A stretch of DNA of 64,000 nucleotides from Takakia lepidozioides (lineage: Eukaryota; Plantae; Bryophyta): the NCBI GenBank assembly GCA_030704615.1, contig CM060732.1:82956001-83020000 (forward strand), read 5' to 3'. The stretch's first letter is position 1. Every line of letters starts with the position of its first letter. Positions 12,901 through 26,139 of this stretch are shown here, piece by piece. A program made the position numbers and the translations under genes. The notes under the pieces were generated by a model, which saw only the letters and a program-made list of their open reading frames with translations, was not told the origin of the DNA and ran no database searches.

Positions 12901-15774
12901 TGAGAGAGGAAACAAAAACCAGAGCCAGAGATAAAAACTATTGTTTGAGTGATTGTCTAAGGGTGAGTGCCTCGTGCAGGTAAGCTGCCTTTCTCTACAG
13001 AGGAAGGAAAGGAAAGGCAAGGAAGTTCAATATCCAGTGGTTTACAGAGCAGACTGGTCTACAGACAGAAAGAGAGAGAAATGAAATGAAATGAAATGGT
13101 GCTTTATAACGTCCGCGGAAAGCTCATAGAGCTTATGGGACAAAATGGAAGGAAGAACATGAGAGAAAATAGGAAAACCAGAGTCAGAGAAAAGAACTAT
13201 TCGAGTGATTGTCTAAGGGTGAATGCCTAAGGGTGAGAGAGAGAAGAAATATATAGAGATTTATTACATCCATGGGTCCCTGAGGGCCTATGGAACAATT
13301 GTACTCATAAGACGTTGTTTGCCGTAGCCTTGTGGCCATTGACCCCGCGCCCAGTTTGAGCGGGAACAAAAGGGACAGAACCTACCTCTGTCAGGGGCTG
13401 ACGTTGGTAGTGTGACTTACCATCATATATAGAATTAATCCGGGTTTTCCAGATATCCTCTAGAAATCCCTTCACACAAGCATCAATCTGCTGTGTGTGA
13501 TTTGCCCAAAAACTAGGCCTCAGGAGGGCCTGGGCTTTTGGCTCAGCCTCGAGACTTTCAAAGTTGTTAAACAGGGGTACAGGCACAATTCCCTTGATAG
13601 AATTGAAGAGAGCGTCTCTTTGGTGAGAGACAGTGTATCAGAAAGTGAATACTGTCTTCAGATTGCCCACACAGCGGGCAATTGCACTCTCCCTTTCCTC
13701 TCTGCTTCTGTTTGCTGTTCAAAGGTAGGCTTCCTGCCCTGAGTTTAAATTTCAGTCTAGTGCCGAGAGTGGGTAGACCCTTGAGGTCATCCAAGATGTC
13801 CTCCCCCATGTCACTGACTGGAAACAAGTTCAGGGATTTATGGAACAATGTGCAATAACAAGGAAATCGACATCAAAAGACTTAGATTTCCCCAAAGAGG
13901 ACCTTCATGCTGTTTTCGAAAAGCTAAAGTAGCTGCTGGGATGACGAATGAAACCAACCAACTCCCACCACAAACGAGAGAGTATGAGGGGTTCCATGTC
14001 GATCTGATGATGTCTTTTGTTGACCAAGTCAAGAAAGAACTTTATGAAGCCCAGGGAAGCTCAAAGGGCTTATGGGACAACGAAAGAATGTAACTTTATC
14101 ATGACCACAGGGAGCCCCAAATGACCATGCATGAGATGATATGTTGCAGGCGTTTGTAAGTGAGTATGCAGTGACAGGGTCTGATTCTGGAAGGGGCACC
14201 TTATTGGCAGCGTTAGCAGAAGGCGCATTCCTCATTGGCCTAGAGATCAACAGGTCTGTCATAAGACCATGGCTATGAGGGCCTAGCACTTTTACAATGT
14301 CAAGTTCTAGATGTGTGAGGTTAGTTTGCAAATAATGTTCCTGTTCTACCAGGAAAGAACACTTTGATATAGTGTGGTGGTGGTGTGACCAGTGATGTCG
14401 TGGAGATGGCAAGCTATGCACCTCTCTTTGTGAATGATAATGACCAAAAGTAAAGCCTCCAACCCGATTGAAGATTCACAGTTTGCTCTTAGCTGGTTGA
14501 CCTTCAGGTGCAGTTTGTGCGCAGAAGTCATATTGTTGTTTTCTATCTTCATTCATCTTGCATAAGAATTGCTGAAGTAATAGACTTGGGTGGACCACAG
14601 CTATGTAAAGCTGGGGGATATGCCCTTGTCTAATTTAAACAGTTTGTTTCAGACCTAACAAAGAAATGTTATTCACAGCAAATACTGTGCTTTGAACAAC
14701 AGATGGAATCCCGACGCAATTGTATTCAACTCTTGGCAACAGTATGGGACGCCCAGTTACTGGGTTCAGCAAGTCTTCAAACATTCCAATGGCGCCGACC
14801 TCTTACCCTTCTCAGTTCAGGCTGAAAATGGCACAAGTACCTCAGAACTGGCACTATCAGTCATCCGCAGACATAATCAGTCCAATGACTTGGACTTCTT
14901 GGTCATAAAGGTTGGCTGTCTTTGTTGGCCTTTCTATTTTGTTGTGCTTTGCCACTTTCCACCACTGAAATCTTATGTTGTCGGTTGGACCAGCCAGAGG
15001 ATGCCGTTGGTTCTGAGAGCACAAAGCAGGGTCCCTTCTAAGAGTGGTGCATATGGGGGGCTGTGATCCAGGCAGTGAATTATGGAAAGGACTCACTTCG
15101 TCTGCGTCTCACAGTAGATGGGGTGCCCTCTGATAGCTTTCAGGTGTCAGACTCAACTATTCTAACACTAACCTCCGACCATCTGTTGGACGAAAACTCC
15201 TTCGACATCCCTGAGAAGGTAACAATCTAACAATGCAACATTTTGACATACAGGGTTAAATTCGTGACCAGAATCTGAGGGGCTCTCTATTCTCTCCTTT
15301 GTCAGCCAGTATAGTGTGACCGTTCATAGAATCCTGGTTAGTTTGTGGGCCAACTGAAATACATGTAGCTTGGGTAGATATGATATTTGATTCAATGAGG
15401 CCAAAAGAAAATGATATCTCTGATCAAAACTAATAGCTGTTGTGTACCACAGCAGAGCTGCTGCAATAATCATTACATCAGTTTTGAGTAACTTGAATGT
15501 CTCTTTAATGCCACAAATCTAGCACTCCCACATGTTGGCTAAGGCTATTGGTATTGGGAAAACTGGAAATAGTGCTGAGCTATACATGTTCTGAAGAGTC
15601 TAGCACAGAAAAGAATGTTACATAAGACAAAGTTCTCATTCTTTGTCTGCATTTCAGGTGGTGCCCAAGAACAGCGTGCTTGCCAATCCAGGAACAGATA
15701 TGGTGATAGTACTACCTGCCTTCTCTATTGTCGCTGTAGAACTGGGGCTGATTGTGGGTCGTGCAGTTATGTAA
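6944..15774 (+). CDS. ASD1: Alpha-L-arabinofuranosidase, GH51, secreted; 17 exons
   Basis: Exons 6944-7096, 7564-7618, 7819-8030, 8531-8652, 8873-9026, 9394-9463, 10239-10384, 10671-10716, 11889-11941, 12118-12262, 12348-12466, 12695-12766, 14150-14253, 14393-14449, 14703-14910, 15072-15218, 15658-15774; all GT-AG and phase-consistent. Signal peptide, FGIFFEEINHAG, RFPGGCYVEG, IAIGNED (acid/base), AFVSEYA (nucleophile), MASYAPLF. Confidence 0.95.
10762..11347. mobile_element. LINE reverse-transcriptase fragment, internally inverted and deleted, in intron 8 of the GH51 gene
   Basis: + strand 10762-10978: ISSSEIVEAIEHLNGYKAGGPDGIVNELIKHGG..LFNLIWKTEMIP. - strand 11347-10979: WRQGVIVNLYKKGDREEPGNYRGITLLN..QAGF / PLLFNVFIN..LMFADD. 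Confidence 0.9.
12831..12972 (-). mobile_element. Short LINE 3'-end copy with (ATTTC)n tail
   Basis: First ~63 bp are identical to 13089-13151 (GAAATGAAATGGTGCTTTATAACGTCCGCGGAAAGCTCATAGAGCTTATGGGACAAAATGGAA); similarity continues to GTCTAAGGGTGA. Confidence 0.8.
13078..13836 (-). mobile_element. 5'-truncated LINE (ORF2 C-terminus with CxxC..E..H..C finger, 3' UTR, (ATTTC)4 tail) in intron 12 of the GH51 gene
   Basis: KFKLRAGSLPLNSKQKQRGKGECNCPLCGQSEDSIHFLIHC...VKGFLEDIWKTR; highly similar copy at 26810-27292. Confidence 0.88.
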
Positions 15775-16053
15775 TGTGTGTAAACGATTATGATCCTCCT
15801 GACTTCTATGAGTGCCCAATCAGCAGGCACACACTTACATACCTTGACTTGGTTCATTGAACTACATCCATGCATATCTTTATGGCACTTCTTATGGTGG
15901 CTACTGCATCATTTATAGCAATTTATGTTTTAACTAGGATGTGGAGTATCCTGTCACAATTCTGAAATCTTTCTTTGCAGGAAACTGCTGCCAAAGTATC
16001 TTGCATGGTTTTTGTGTACTATTGCTAGTGGCTCGTATCCACGGAAGTAAGCA

Positions 16054-16393
16054 ATGGAGGATGAGGCCAACACAACGTTGTCCAAAGGGGGGAAAGTCAG
16101 CAGGCTTTCCACCATATTGTTATTGCTTAATTTGCAAACCAGGTTTGGCATAAGCAATGTTGGTATGTCTGCAATCATGCGTACTATTGGAGATTACATC
16201 CTCGCCCCCCATTTTAGAGTAAAAAATGTCACGCTCTTGTCTTGCCTCAATGAGGATCGATTACAAAATTATCCATGCATGTCCTTGTGATTGGACCTTG
16301 TACTATGGAGACCATGAGCGTGCTACCACATGTCCCCGGTGCAAACAATCTAGATACTGAGATGATGTTCAAGGAAAGAATATCCCACAAAAG
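16054..16393 (+). mobile_element. Degenerate CACTA/En-Spm transposase fragment
   Basis: KVSRLSTILLLLNLQTRFGISN..ILAP, then after a frameshift MRIDYKIIHACPCDWTLYYGDHERATTCPRCKQSRY*DDVQGKNIPQK, matching the IHACP..C..Y..CPxC..RY motif of CACTA TnpD. Confidence 0.8.
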
Positions 16394-17051
16394 GTAAATT
16401 ATCTAATTTCCATTGTATAACTTGGATGGAGGAGTTACGATAGCATTTCTTTAACACATCACCTGTGGCTGAGTGGAGGAAAAGGTTATCTTCAATGATT
16501 CATCTGTAAGAAGTACATAGCTTACAAACATGAAGACTCCACCCTGTCCAGCATTGGCTGGACTCAAAAGTGGACGTATTGAAACACACTTACATTGACT
16601 AAAACTATACATATGCTACGAGATTGCCAGCAAGCAAATCATGACATGATAACATTTGCCCTGTTATTACACTCTGTCTGACCAAAGAGCTTCCTTTAGT
16701 CAGCCAGACGAGACGATTGACTACCCCGCAATCGTGGCACCTGTTGACTCGGGAAAAAGTCAAAAGGCCTAAATGTACACAAACTGGGTGGGAGCCAGAT
16801 AAGCTTTGCTTTCGAAGTGTAAGCAACAATCTGGACATATAGATACAAAAGATTGCTCTATTTCAATTCCAAATAAACACGCCTGCGCCCGAAAAGACCG
16901 TCCAAGATTGCCGAGGCTCCATCTCAATGCCTCCATCAGGATCGGAGCAGCGTGGCCATGCCAGAAAACAAAATGGGAGGGGCTGCAACCAACCAAGAGA
17001 ATGGCAGCATTCTGGAGCCCAAGGATGGAGAAAGAGAAGAACAAAGAGCTG

Positions 17052-20000
17052 TCACTTCTTCCAAGGCTGTATGGCCAGGACAATGATAGCTACGATGATT
17101 AGTAGTAGGATCATGGCAATGCACATGCATTTACGAGTTCCCCGCTGCAGCGTTTTAGCCCTCTGTAGCGCTGTTGTGCCCGAAGAAACATGCTCCACCG
17201 CTTTATTTACCTGTCCCCCCATAGTCTAGATATTAATCACTGTCCTATTCAATTTCCAGCAAATCATGGAAGCATTTTGACGTACTAGGCTTGCTGTCTG
17301 CATACACCATGAGGAAAGCTGTTGTAGTGAAGGTGGGGAACACCTGTTCTACTATTACCCTCCTTCATTGAAAGACGTCAAGGTGATTGTAGGTGACAAC
17401 TGAATATACAGGTGAGAGCACATGCATGCGTTTGAACCCACCTGGCTATATACTGATTGTAAAGTCTACTCTACTGAGGTGGACAGCAGTGGTGCTTTGA
17501 GGCAGTGGACAATGCATGAAGAAGTGAGAGCTCCATGCCTCACATTCCTCACATTTTCTCCCCACTCTTTATCCTTTGAACTGATCATGAATAGTATTTG
17601 GTGACTTAACATCTTGGACCCCAGAGTAAAGGCTAACCCCTTGAACTTAAGCAGCTTAAAGGTTGTGCTAGTCAAGCCAAAATGTTCCTGCGATTACATC
17701 AGCAATCAGCACAAGCCATGCGAATGGATGCTGCTACTCATACAGGATAGAGCTAATATCAATGTTGCAGTATCATCGGAGTACACAGCCACTGCCCGCC
17801 TGGGCGGTCCGGTTATCACTCTTTCAGCTTCAACTGCCTAGCTACCTTTGACATGTCCTCCCCCTCATAGGCCACCCTCCCGAAACCCCTCTGTCATTAC
17901 ATTGTACTTTCTTCTACGACTTCCCTGACAGAGCCTGTGGCAACTACAACACAGCACTATTTCTGACCAACTAGCTTTTTGCTATCAAGACAGTCACACA
18001 CCTTCCTTTCCCATGGTTGAGCTTCCTGCCCAGAAACACTCTTTTGACACTACGGTAAGACCGGGTGCAAATCATCCCCAACCAGGCTCTGGAAACACTG
18101 GTGGAAATGAGCACAAATGTCTTGTGTAAGCCTGGTCAGGAACTTTCAGTATGAAAGCAAGCAGGACAATAGCCATGATTTGGCATGGATAGATGTCTTA
18201 ATTGTGGATGCGAAAATTCCTTAACATGCATTAGAAGTCGACAGTATTTTTCCTGCTGGAAAGCCCAACAAAGATACACAGGCATGACTCCATCCGGGAA
18301 AGAAGCTTGCAAACCAAAATAATGGTCCACTGAAGTACTCGCATTCGTTTAAAAACCCACCCAGAAGAACGCAGAAAAGCAAGGGACCAACCAACCTGGG
18401 TTTCAATATTGTCAAGAAGCTCTCCTTGCGCCTCAACCAGCACCGCCATGTCCAAAAATATCTAATGCATGTCATCCCCACTATCCATCATCAATTATGC
18501 TGTCATTCCCAAGGGAGAATAAATGACAAGCAGTGGCCAAGCACCAAACATGTATTAGATGTCTTAAGAAATTTTGGTTTCTATGCAGACCCATACCCTA
18601 CACCCACCAACTTCAGCATTTTTACCACACAATACTGAAATGCTCCTGACACATGGGTTACCATTTCCAGCTGCACTCCAAGACAAGATAGGCAATAGAG
18701 TGAAACACAAAGAGACCTGATGGAGTTCCATAAGCTTTTTCTCGATGTCCCTCACAGCATCATGCCGCTCTTGGATCTCAGCAATAGTGTCCAATATCTG
18801 CAACTCCAAACAATCCAGGCCGAATCTTCATATTGCTGCTAGGAATGAACAATTCATTATGGTCTCTAGTTCCAGCAGACATGTCGCACAACAAACTTCT
18901 CCATCACATATCGACTTCTACAGTGATTCCTGCTGGCCTCATTCACAGATTGGAAATTTCTGTTTGTAATCAGAAGTATTTCACAGAAAATAGTTTAACA
19001 ATGGTAAATTTGATTTGGAATGGAGTGAATATACACACCTGGCCTCGCCCCTGCTCCTGAATTGCCTTTTGGAAGATTTGTTCACTGTCCCCTGTCTCTA
19101 TCAATTGCTCTATCACCTGCAACGAAACACCATCCAGCTTTGGTCACCCTCTCTTGTGCACTCGAGCATGGGCTCCCTGTGCGTAACCTGGGTTCTACCT
19201 CCCAATAAAGACACATCTGTCAAGTGGCCCCTCCAGGTGTAGAGCTGTGTAAAAGTGAAAGTTAAAATCTTCTTTTTTTCTCATCAACGGAGATAAAGGC
19301 ACTTATCAGAAAACATGTATTCAATCAATAGCTTTGGACAGGTTACATACCGCTTCATCGGCTTTCTGCCCCGTTACTGTTATTGCACACCCAACCCCAC
19401 AGGAAATAGACAAACTTAGTGCATAACATGTGTATTGTCAAAGCCACTTGAGGAGTGAATAGTGAAATAGGGCGCTCGAAAGACTCCTGTACAATGTGCA
19501 CACAAACAGGAATATGGAAGATATCTTTTTATCAGTGCGGAAAATGAATGCATAATCTCTATTATAAAAGTGTGCAACCGGGAGAAAAACATATTAGGTG
19601 CAAGGCAAGCACAAAGCAAGGCCAGGTCAATTTCACCTGTGAAAACACGTCTTTCAACCACTTCTCTGTACTCCTCTTGAAACCTCTGCCTCAAAGCCTG
19701 CAGACAGCACATTCTTTTCAGTTGCACACCTTTGAGAGCACAGTCATGGTGCTACGGTGCTCAATATATCAGCCAAGTCTCGACCAATTTGGCCTCGGTA
19801 CTAAAAGGAGCTTTTACAACACATTCAGGGGTATTTGGTTGCGCTAGTGTACCTGGAAGTCGATCATAAGCTCCTTCAGCTTCTTTTTCAATGTCCTGCA
19901 ATACAATAAAGCGAGCTGTAATCTGTCCATGTCAAATGCCCTAAGAAAAAGGTTCATCTATGTAGGTACAGTAACAACTCCATACAGACATTAACAGGTA

Positions 20001-22927
20001 GACCGTCAACAACGGTCCAAGTTCAAATTTAAACTAGCACATCATAGGGAGTGCAGTAGTAATATTGTGTTGTCAATCACGAAGTCTCGGACTTCCACTT
20101 CATAGTGACAAGCTGCCACCACTCCCCACTGACTTTATCCGCTCACGACAGTGGGTGTAGATCACATATAATGTTATGCTCACATTGATGGGCTTACCAT
20201 TATAAAATTTTCTTACTAAATTTTGCCACTTCTCCGGAAGTAACAGGAAAACTCAGCCATGATGTCAGACAGCACTCACAGGTAAAAAGGAGCTAAAAGA
20301 GGAATGCTTTATCATATTCTCTCTCTCATGCATTGTACAGTTATGGTCTGGAGCCATATGCACAAACAGTGGCAATTTATTGGACAAAAGAGGGAATACC
20401 ATGTGATTGGGTCAGAAGAACCCAAAAATTATACAAAATTCAGGAAAATACCACATTTTAATGAATGGTAAGGGCACAAAGAAACAACGCTTACGCAGTG
20501 ATTGCCATTCTTGTGCGGTCTGTGCTAGAGCCTTCATGACAACCTTTGTTTTTGCGATTAGAAATGTTCTGCAGAACAAGGTCAACAACCACAGTGAATG
20601 AAGAACATTTTTTAGTCTGTAGAACTACGTGCCCAATCAATAGGCAGCTGTAATGATCAAGGGCACTTGGGCACAATGTGTAAGGACAGTATCGTAACAT
20701 GTCAGGACAATACATACAGCTCTGTCAAGGGCCTCCACTTTAGCTTTTATGCCTTGTGCGACTTTGCTGACATCATCAATGTCCCGCTCCATTCGTTCCT
20801 TCAGCCCTGCACACCCAGCATCAGTTTATATTTTCACCCACTCTGCTGAAAGTGAGTTCTGAGAGACTTCCTGCAATAGAACACATCTCTTGGCTGTCAA
20901 AACCAGTTGGCCAATCAAATGGGCAGTTGCGTGTGGCAGATTAGATATACCTTTCATAGCTGCAGCTCTGGTCACAGTTTTGCTCTCCTCATTTGAATCC
21001 TGGACAGAACAAAGGCATTAAGTTTCAAATATGTACCAAAGCCAATTATAACAGCTTGATCGCAGACTAACTTGGTGTCCTGTCCAGTATCGCCTAGTAA
21101 AGATCTTCAATGCCTTCATCAATATATTACTAAGTTCACTGTCAAGAGGTTAAGAAGATCTGACAGTATCCCATTTTGCACTGGCAAGAATCTACATGAT
21201 TGGAAACAACTTGCAACAACTTAAATTGTAACATGAGTTGATGTGAGACAGAATGAGTATTCCCTTACAACCTCCTCACAAAACATTGAGGATTCAACTG
21301 CAAAGAGCAAAACAGACCTGGAGCTTCTGAAACTTCTTGCGAATATCTGCCATGGCATTCTTGATGTCATTAACCTGCATGGCCAAGCAGACCAACCTCA
21401 ACCTGGATTAACATAAGCTTTGTTGCAGTCACATGGCTCCCTAGTGTCCCATGCCAGAAACAATCTCGTTTCCAGAGGCCACTCCAATCAGTGATTCATG
21501 AAGAATCTCCCACTCTTGCTCTCTCACTCTTGCTCTCCATCCACCCAGTTTGGGTGGAGGGTCTATGGCCACTAGGCTACGGCAAACAATGTCTTATGAG
21601 TACATCTCTCTCTCCATCCGAAAGGTTCATTGATTCTCCCATTTCCTGAGGACTATTAAATCCATGTTTTTTCTTTCATTTCACTCATTCCCTGTCTCTC
21701 TTTCGAATGGAAACAACCTCTTGGAAAAACTGGGACATATCTTGCCCTGCATCAACACCACCCGAGGACCCAGCTTCAACGTCCCTGCCATTGGGGGTAT
21801 CCTCCCCCCTTTCCTGGATTCGCCCACCAAAATGCAAGACAATAACCAGCTTTAGCATGAATATAATATGAAGAAATAAAATTGCAAAAATCTTCAGAGT
21901 ATATGAGCTTCCATTATTTGTGGCACACCACTGCACTAGATTTCAGATCATGAGCAATGCATACTAAAATACCTTACTCAAGCAAACCAATGCCAATTCG
22001 GAATTCCAGGCATTCAGAATTCCACAAAACTTCTTAGATGTCAGACCAGTCAGTTCAGGTGCCAACTCAAAGTGGAGAATTTGTATAATGCTGATCAGTA
22101 GATCAAGATATAACTTGTTCAAGATGCAAAAAACTGCAGGAATATCAATTCTTACTGGGTGAGGCACTCTTGCACGTTTTCTCAACTATTGAACTGCTTC
22201 AATCAAGAGTAGACCACTTTCATGTAAGTGTAGGACCAGGCACTTGTCTGCCTGATCTACATGACGAATAAACCTCACTGCTGTATCCAAGGGTCAGTAC
22301 TTTGGGTAACATACAGGGTTTTCCTAACATCACTGTAAGAACACATCGACTTAATAGCACCAGCAGGTGCTGCATCCAGTAGTACTTGAAGGTGAGGGTT
22401 ACTAAGCATCTCTGCGAGTACTATTGGACCAACATTGCATCTCAAAGCCATCCAGTAACTGAAAAATTCAACCCTAGCTTCTGCCTCAACAACAGTGAGC
22501 TTTATCTTATATCTTACTTCCTTAAACTTCAGACAAAATTCTCAAGGTCCTCCTTAAGACAACAATCCCCACTCATACAGTTAAGCCATTCGGTCAATAA
22601 AGATTTCAAGTTGAAGATCTGGGATAGCAAATGGCGAGATCATAGATCAACGAGAATGAATGAAGACCACTCTTCATTAAGTTTGTTGCCTCTAAGAAAA
22701 AACGGCACTTGAGATCCCATTGATAAAAGAACCCTCTCCCCAGCTCCCTCTCTCTCCGAGAAATAACCGAAAGAATCCTGCCTTTAGATCAACAGACTAA
22801 TGACAATATCTATTCCCTTTCCCTACCCTCCCATTCTCAAAGGGCAAACACAGTTGCTGTTATCAATGCGTCGAGTTTGACATGAAAAAAAGGTCGGGAA
22901 ACAACATACCGCTAAAAGATCGTTCAT
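17052..22927 (-). CDS. SYP132: Plasma-membrane Qa-SNARE syntaxin, SYP13 family
   Basis: Exons (approx.) 22927-22910 (MNDLLA), 21813-21718, 21374-21318, 20999-20951, 20806-20718, 20568-20495, 19895-19853, 19697-19637, 19376-19351, 19116-19039, 18798-18718, 18461-18396, 17210-17052. [45 protein letters not shown]-terminal TM ending IQPWKK*. Confidence 0.95.
21545..21605 (+). mobile_element. LINE 3' remnant in a syntaxin intron
   Basis: ATGGCCACTAGGCTACGGCAAACAATGTCTTATGAGTACA matches the reverse complement of 13301-13340; flanked by CT-rich tracts. Confidence 0.75.
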
Positions 22928-23949
22928 TTTGAGTCGAAAGCCTCACAAAGCAAGCCCAGTCTGAGATGTTTCAATGTAGTCTAGAAACCGCGAGCTCGAT
23001 TAAATCGGGATGCTGCGGCATCCCCCGCTCCCCTTCTGCGCGTACAAGAAACCCTAGCCAGTAATTCTTTATGCAGTGCCTGTTTCCTGTTTACTAAGCC
23101 GCGGCTCACTGCACCACGAGATGATCTGTGCTCCTATCGTAGCTGCAAGCAAATCAACCCGTAACCCATCTCCGAATGCTTGTCTGCCTCACCTTTCCGG
23201 GCCTTCCTCCCCGTGGCGTACAAATCTGCTTCTTTCTACTGAAGATTTCGTTTGCTACCTTAAATCTCTTCCGCCCCCTCCTCTCTCTCTCTCACCAAAG
23301 ACTGCACTTTTCTTGCAACATCACCTCTCCTCCCTCTCAGTCTGCGTCACTCATAGCCTCGGGGCTTCAGATCTGTGTCAGGATTGTGGCAGGCTGCGAG
23401 CAGCGCAGCTCATAAAATCCAAGCGCAACAACAGGTGGGCAAACCCAACACCAGTGGAGGCTCACACTGCCCGTTCCCCTGGTCGTGGTTTTGCACTGCC
23501 CTCTGCCCGAGAAGAAACAAAAAGGAAAGAAAACCCCAGTGTGATGTGGGTCGTCAAGTGACTCACTCATTTTAGATATCACAGATGGATTGCCAACAGA
23601 TCCACCCAAAAACTCCAGACCCAACAAGGAACAAAGTGGGCTAAATATATCTAGTGGTCTGCCTTTGTTACTAAGTATCTTCCTTGACATAACTGTCTCA
23701 CTGTTATCATGTAACTTGATTGCTAGTTCTTCAGCTATATGTATAAGTGCAAATGCCAGCCTCATATATAACAGCCTAGCAGCATCATGAAGCGAGCAGG
23801 ATGCCTGAATCCTAGGAACTTTTGCAGCCCACTTCAAAACTTCATCGCTGGATTTTCAGATCTTTGGACCCAGAAGATAAGAATCAGGCATCTTCTACCC
23901 ACTTTCATGAGCTTATTTCCGTGATGGTAGGTAGTACTTTGAATTAGCC

Positions 23950-24720
23950 ATGTGCTTCACAGATAGGAATGTCTTGCAAGTGATTTTTAATCATATCAAT
24001 GAGTCCTGAGATTTTAAGAGAAACTCATGATTCGAATACTAGTAAGTTGCTGGAATATGTAAAGCTCTGAGGGTCCCAGATTCTTCGAGGAACAAAATGC
24101 ATGTCTTTGGTCATCTCCTTCGTTACAGGCCGTTGCTTCTTATTGCAAGCATGGCTGCAAATAGGCCCAGTCTAATGATGGCATGGCAAAACCAGGAGCA
24201 AAACGTTTTGGCCTTTTGTATTCCAGTGGGCATACATTGAGCAAGTAGACGCTTGACATTGCCAACACATGAGCAACGGACCAAAGTGCAAGAGTCATGG
24301 CGTTCTTGCTGGACCCCCAAGCTGCCGAGCTATTTCTCATCGTGCAGGGTAACCCCACAACAGTTGTCCGCCGACTAGAAACTTTTGTATTGGGCAGAGG
24401 ACCACTGGGGGCAAAGCTTACAAACATATCATCACCCCACACGGTGTTCCAAGCTATGAGATCTCAGATACGACCTCAATGTACGCGTAGAATAGGTGGG
24501 CCCGCAGTTAGGCATTTTGCAACTCCCTGTGATGCTTGCCTGGAAATGTTGCTAGGAACGCGTCCTCCTGCACTGGGCCGAATTGGAAACAACGAGACGA
24601 CCCAGTACTTCTACCATCTATCGACTCCTAGTCAAACCAGTTAACCAAAGTAAATGATTTCAATAAAAGTTGAACATCAATCTGGAAACTGCAGGGCATC
24701 CAGTGGATTGACGTATAGCA
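23950..24720 (+). pseudogene. Possible highly degenerate F-box gene
   Basis: RNVLQVIFNHI..VAGICKALR (F-box-like), LFLIVQGNPTT and SIWKLQGIQWIDV resemble plant F-box motifs; many stops. Weak. Confidence 0.25.
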
Positions 24721-26139
24721 TTATCACCTTCCAAGCACCTTCTGTGGCCGGAGACTGATGTGTACACAGATATACAGCCTGACTATCACATGCACCGCTG
24801 CTGCGCTGAGATGGGCAAAGGACACAATAAGTAGAGTAAATCGTGTTTGGATGACCCATCTTCCTGACAAGCAAGCTATATGGCCATGTTACTGAGATGG
24901 AATCCATGGCTTCCTTTGATACTGGACGTCTTTCCTTTGCATTTGAGTCCGGGTCAACAGGAATGTTTATTTCGGAAAAAGGCATTCATGCGGTGGTGAG
25001 ATAAGCGAGTAGCCTATCTTGGGCTCTGACCCGGAAGGCGTTGCACGGATTGATCTGAGAATTTCATTTCTCTATCTTCCAATTCTATCCGGCCAATCCA
25101 CACTATGTCGTACCTAGAATATTGTCCACTTTTAAGACACACGCAAAATATGCCTGTAACAGCTGAGATTCTAGGTTGTGGTGTTTGAGCTGGGATTGGA
25201 CCCCACACATAACAGCATTCATGAGTATTAAAATGAAAGTGTTCCTTACATCATCAGAACAACATGGGATCCTGCCAAACCCAAGTACACATGGAACAGG
25301 GTCCACATGGACATGCAACTGCAAGTGTTTCCTGAGGAAATGGGATTTTTTTACACTCCTAGGGGATCAGCTTAGGATCACAAAGTGAATGCCACCATTT
25401 GTGGTGACAAACATGTCTTGGAGGGTGATTGCATCATAAGCAGGTCACATTCCTGTAATTCATTTTGCACTGTCAGCATCTAAGTCTGCTAGTTCAACTA
25501 TTAGCCTCAATTCAAACGTAGAAAGTTTACAGTTTATGTTGGAAATCTTATACATATATGCAAGTGAATTCTCAAGGATACCCTCAGTACAAATACATAA
25601 TAGTCAAACTGTGTTTCCATAATTTACAAACACTGTGAAAGCTAGTTACTTATGAGCCTGCAGTTCTCCTCTTTGAAAACTGGACTAGATGGTGGTAACA
25701 ACAGAGCAGGTGCTAAGCCTCATGCTCATCATAAAGATTTATGGTTAAACAGTCATGACAGTTTGTTATGTAGTAGGAGTATTTAATATTCCAGAGGCAC
25801 TGGGAAGCTAGAAGAGCAGATGCAAGAAACGACTTTGGCACCAAATTGTCTCTGCCTTTCCAAGATTCATTTCTAAGATATTCCACAAACCAGAGGCGTT
25901 TGAGTATACCCTCTAGACAATCACCACTAGTAAGACACCATGCTTCCATAATAACGTCTTGAGAAGAGAGGTGCTACCTATACGCATATGTGCATGAAAC
26001 CTGAAATGGCAAATGGCACATCTAAACCTAGTAACTTCAGCTCCCAAACCCTCATGTCCAGAATTACCCCATGGTTGAATGGAGCAAGAATAAACTACAT
26101 ATAATCAGCTCAATCAAGGATAGGTCAAACCCAGCTCCT

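Noticed and set aside
17211-18395. Duplicated alternative last exon, as in the symbiosis-specific SYP132 isoform of legumes
   Set aside because: I read the last intron on the - strand and found no second SNARE-end/TM exon; the intron read-through ORF (18231-18455) is unconvincing.
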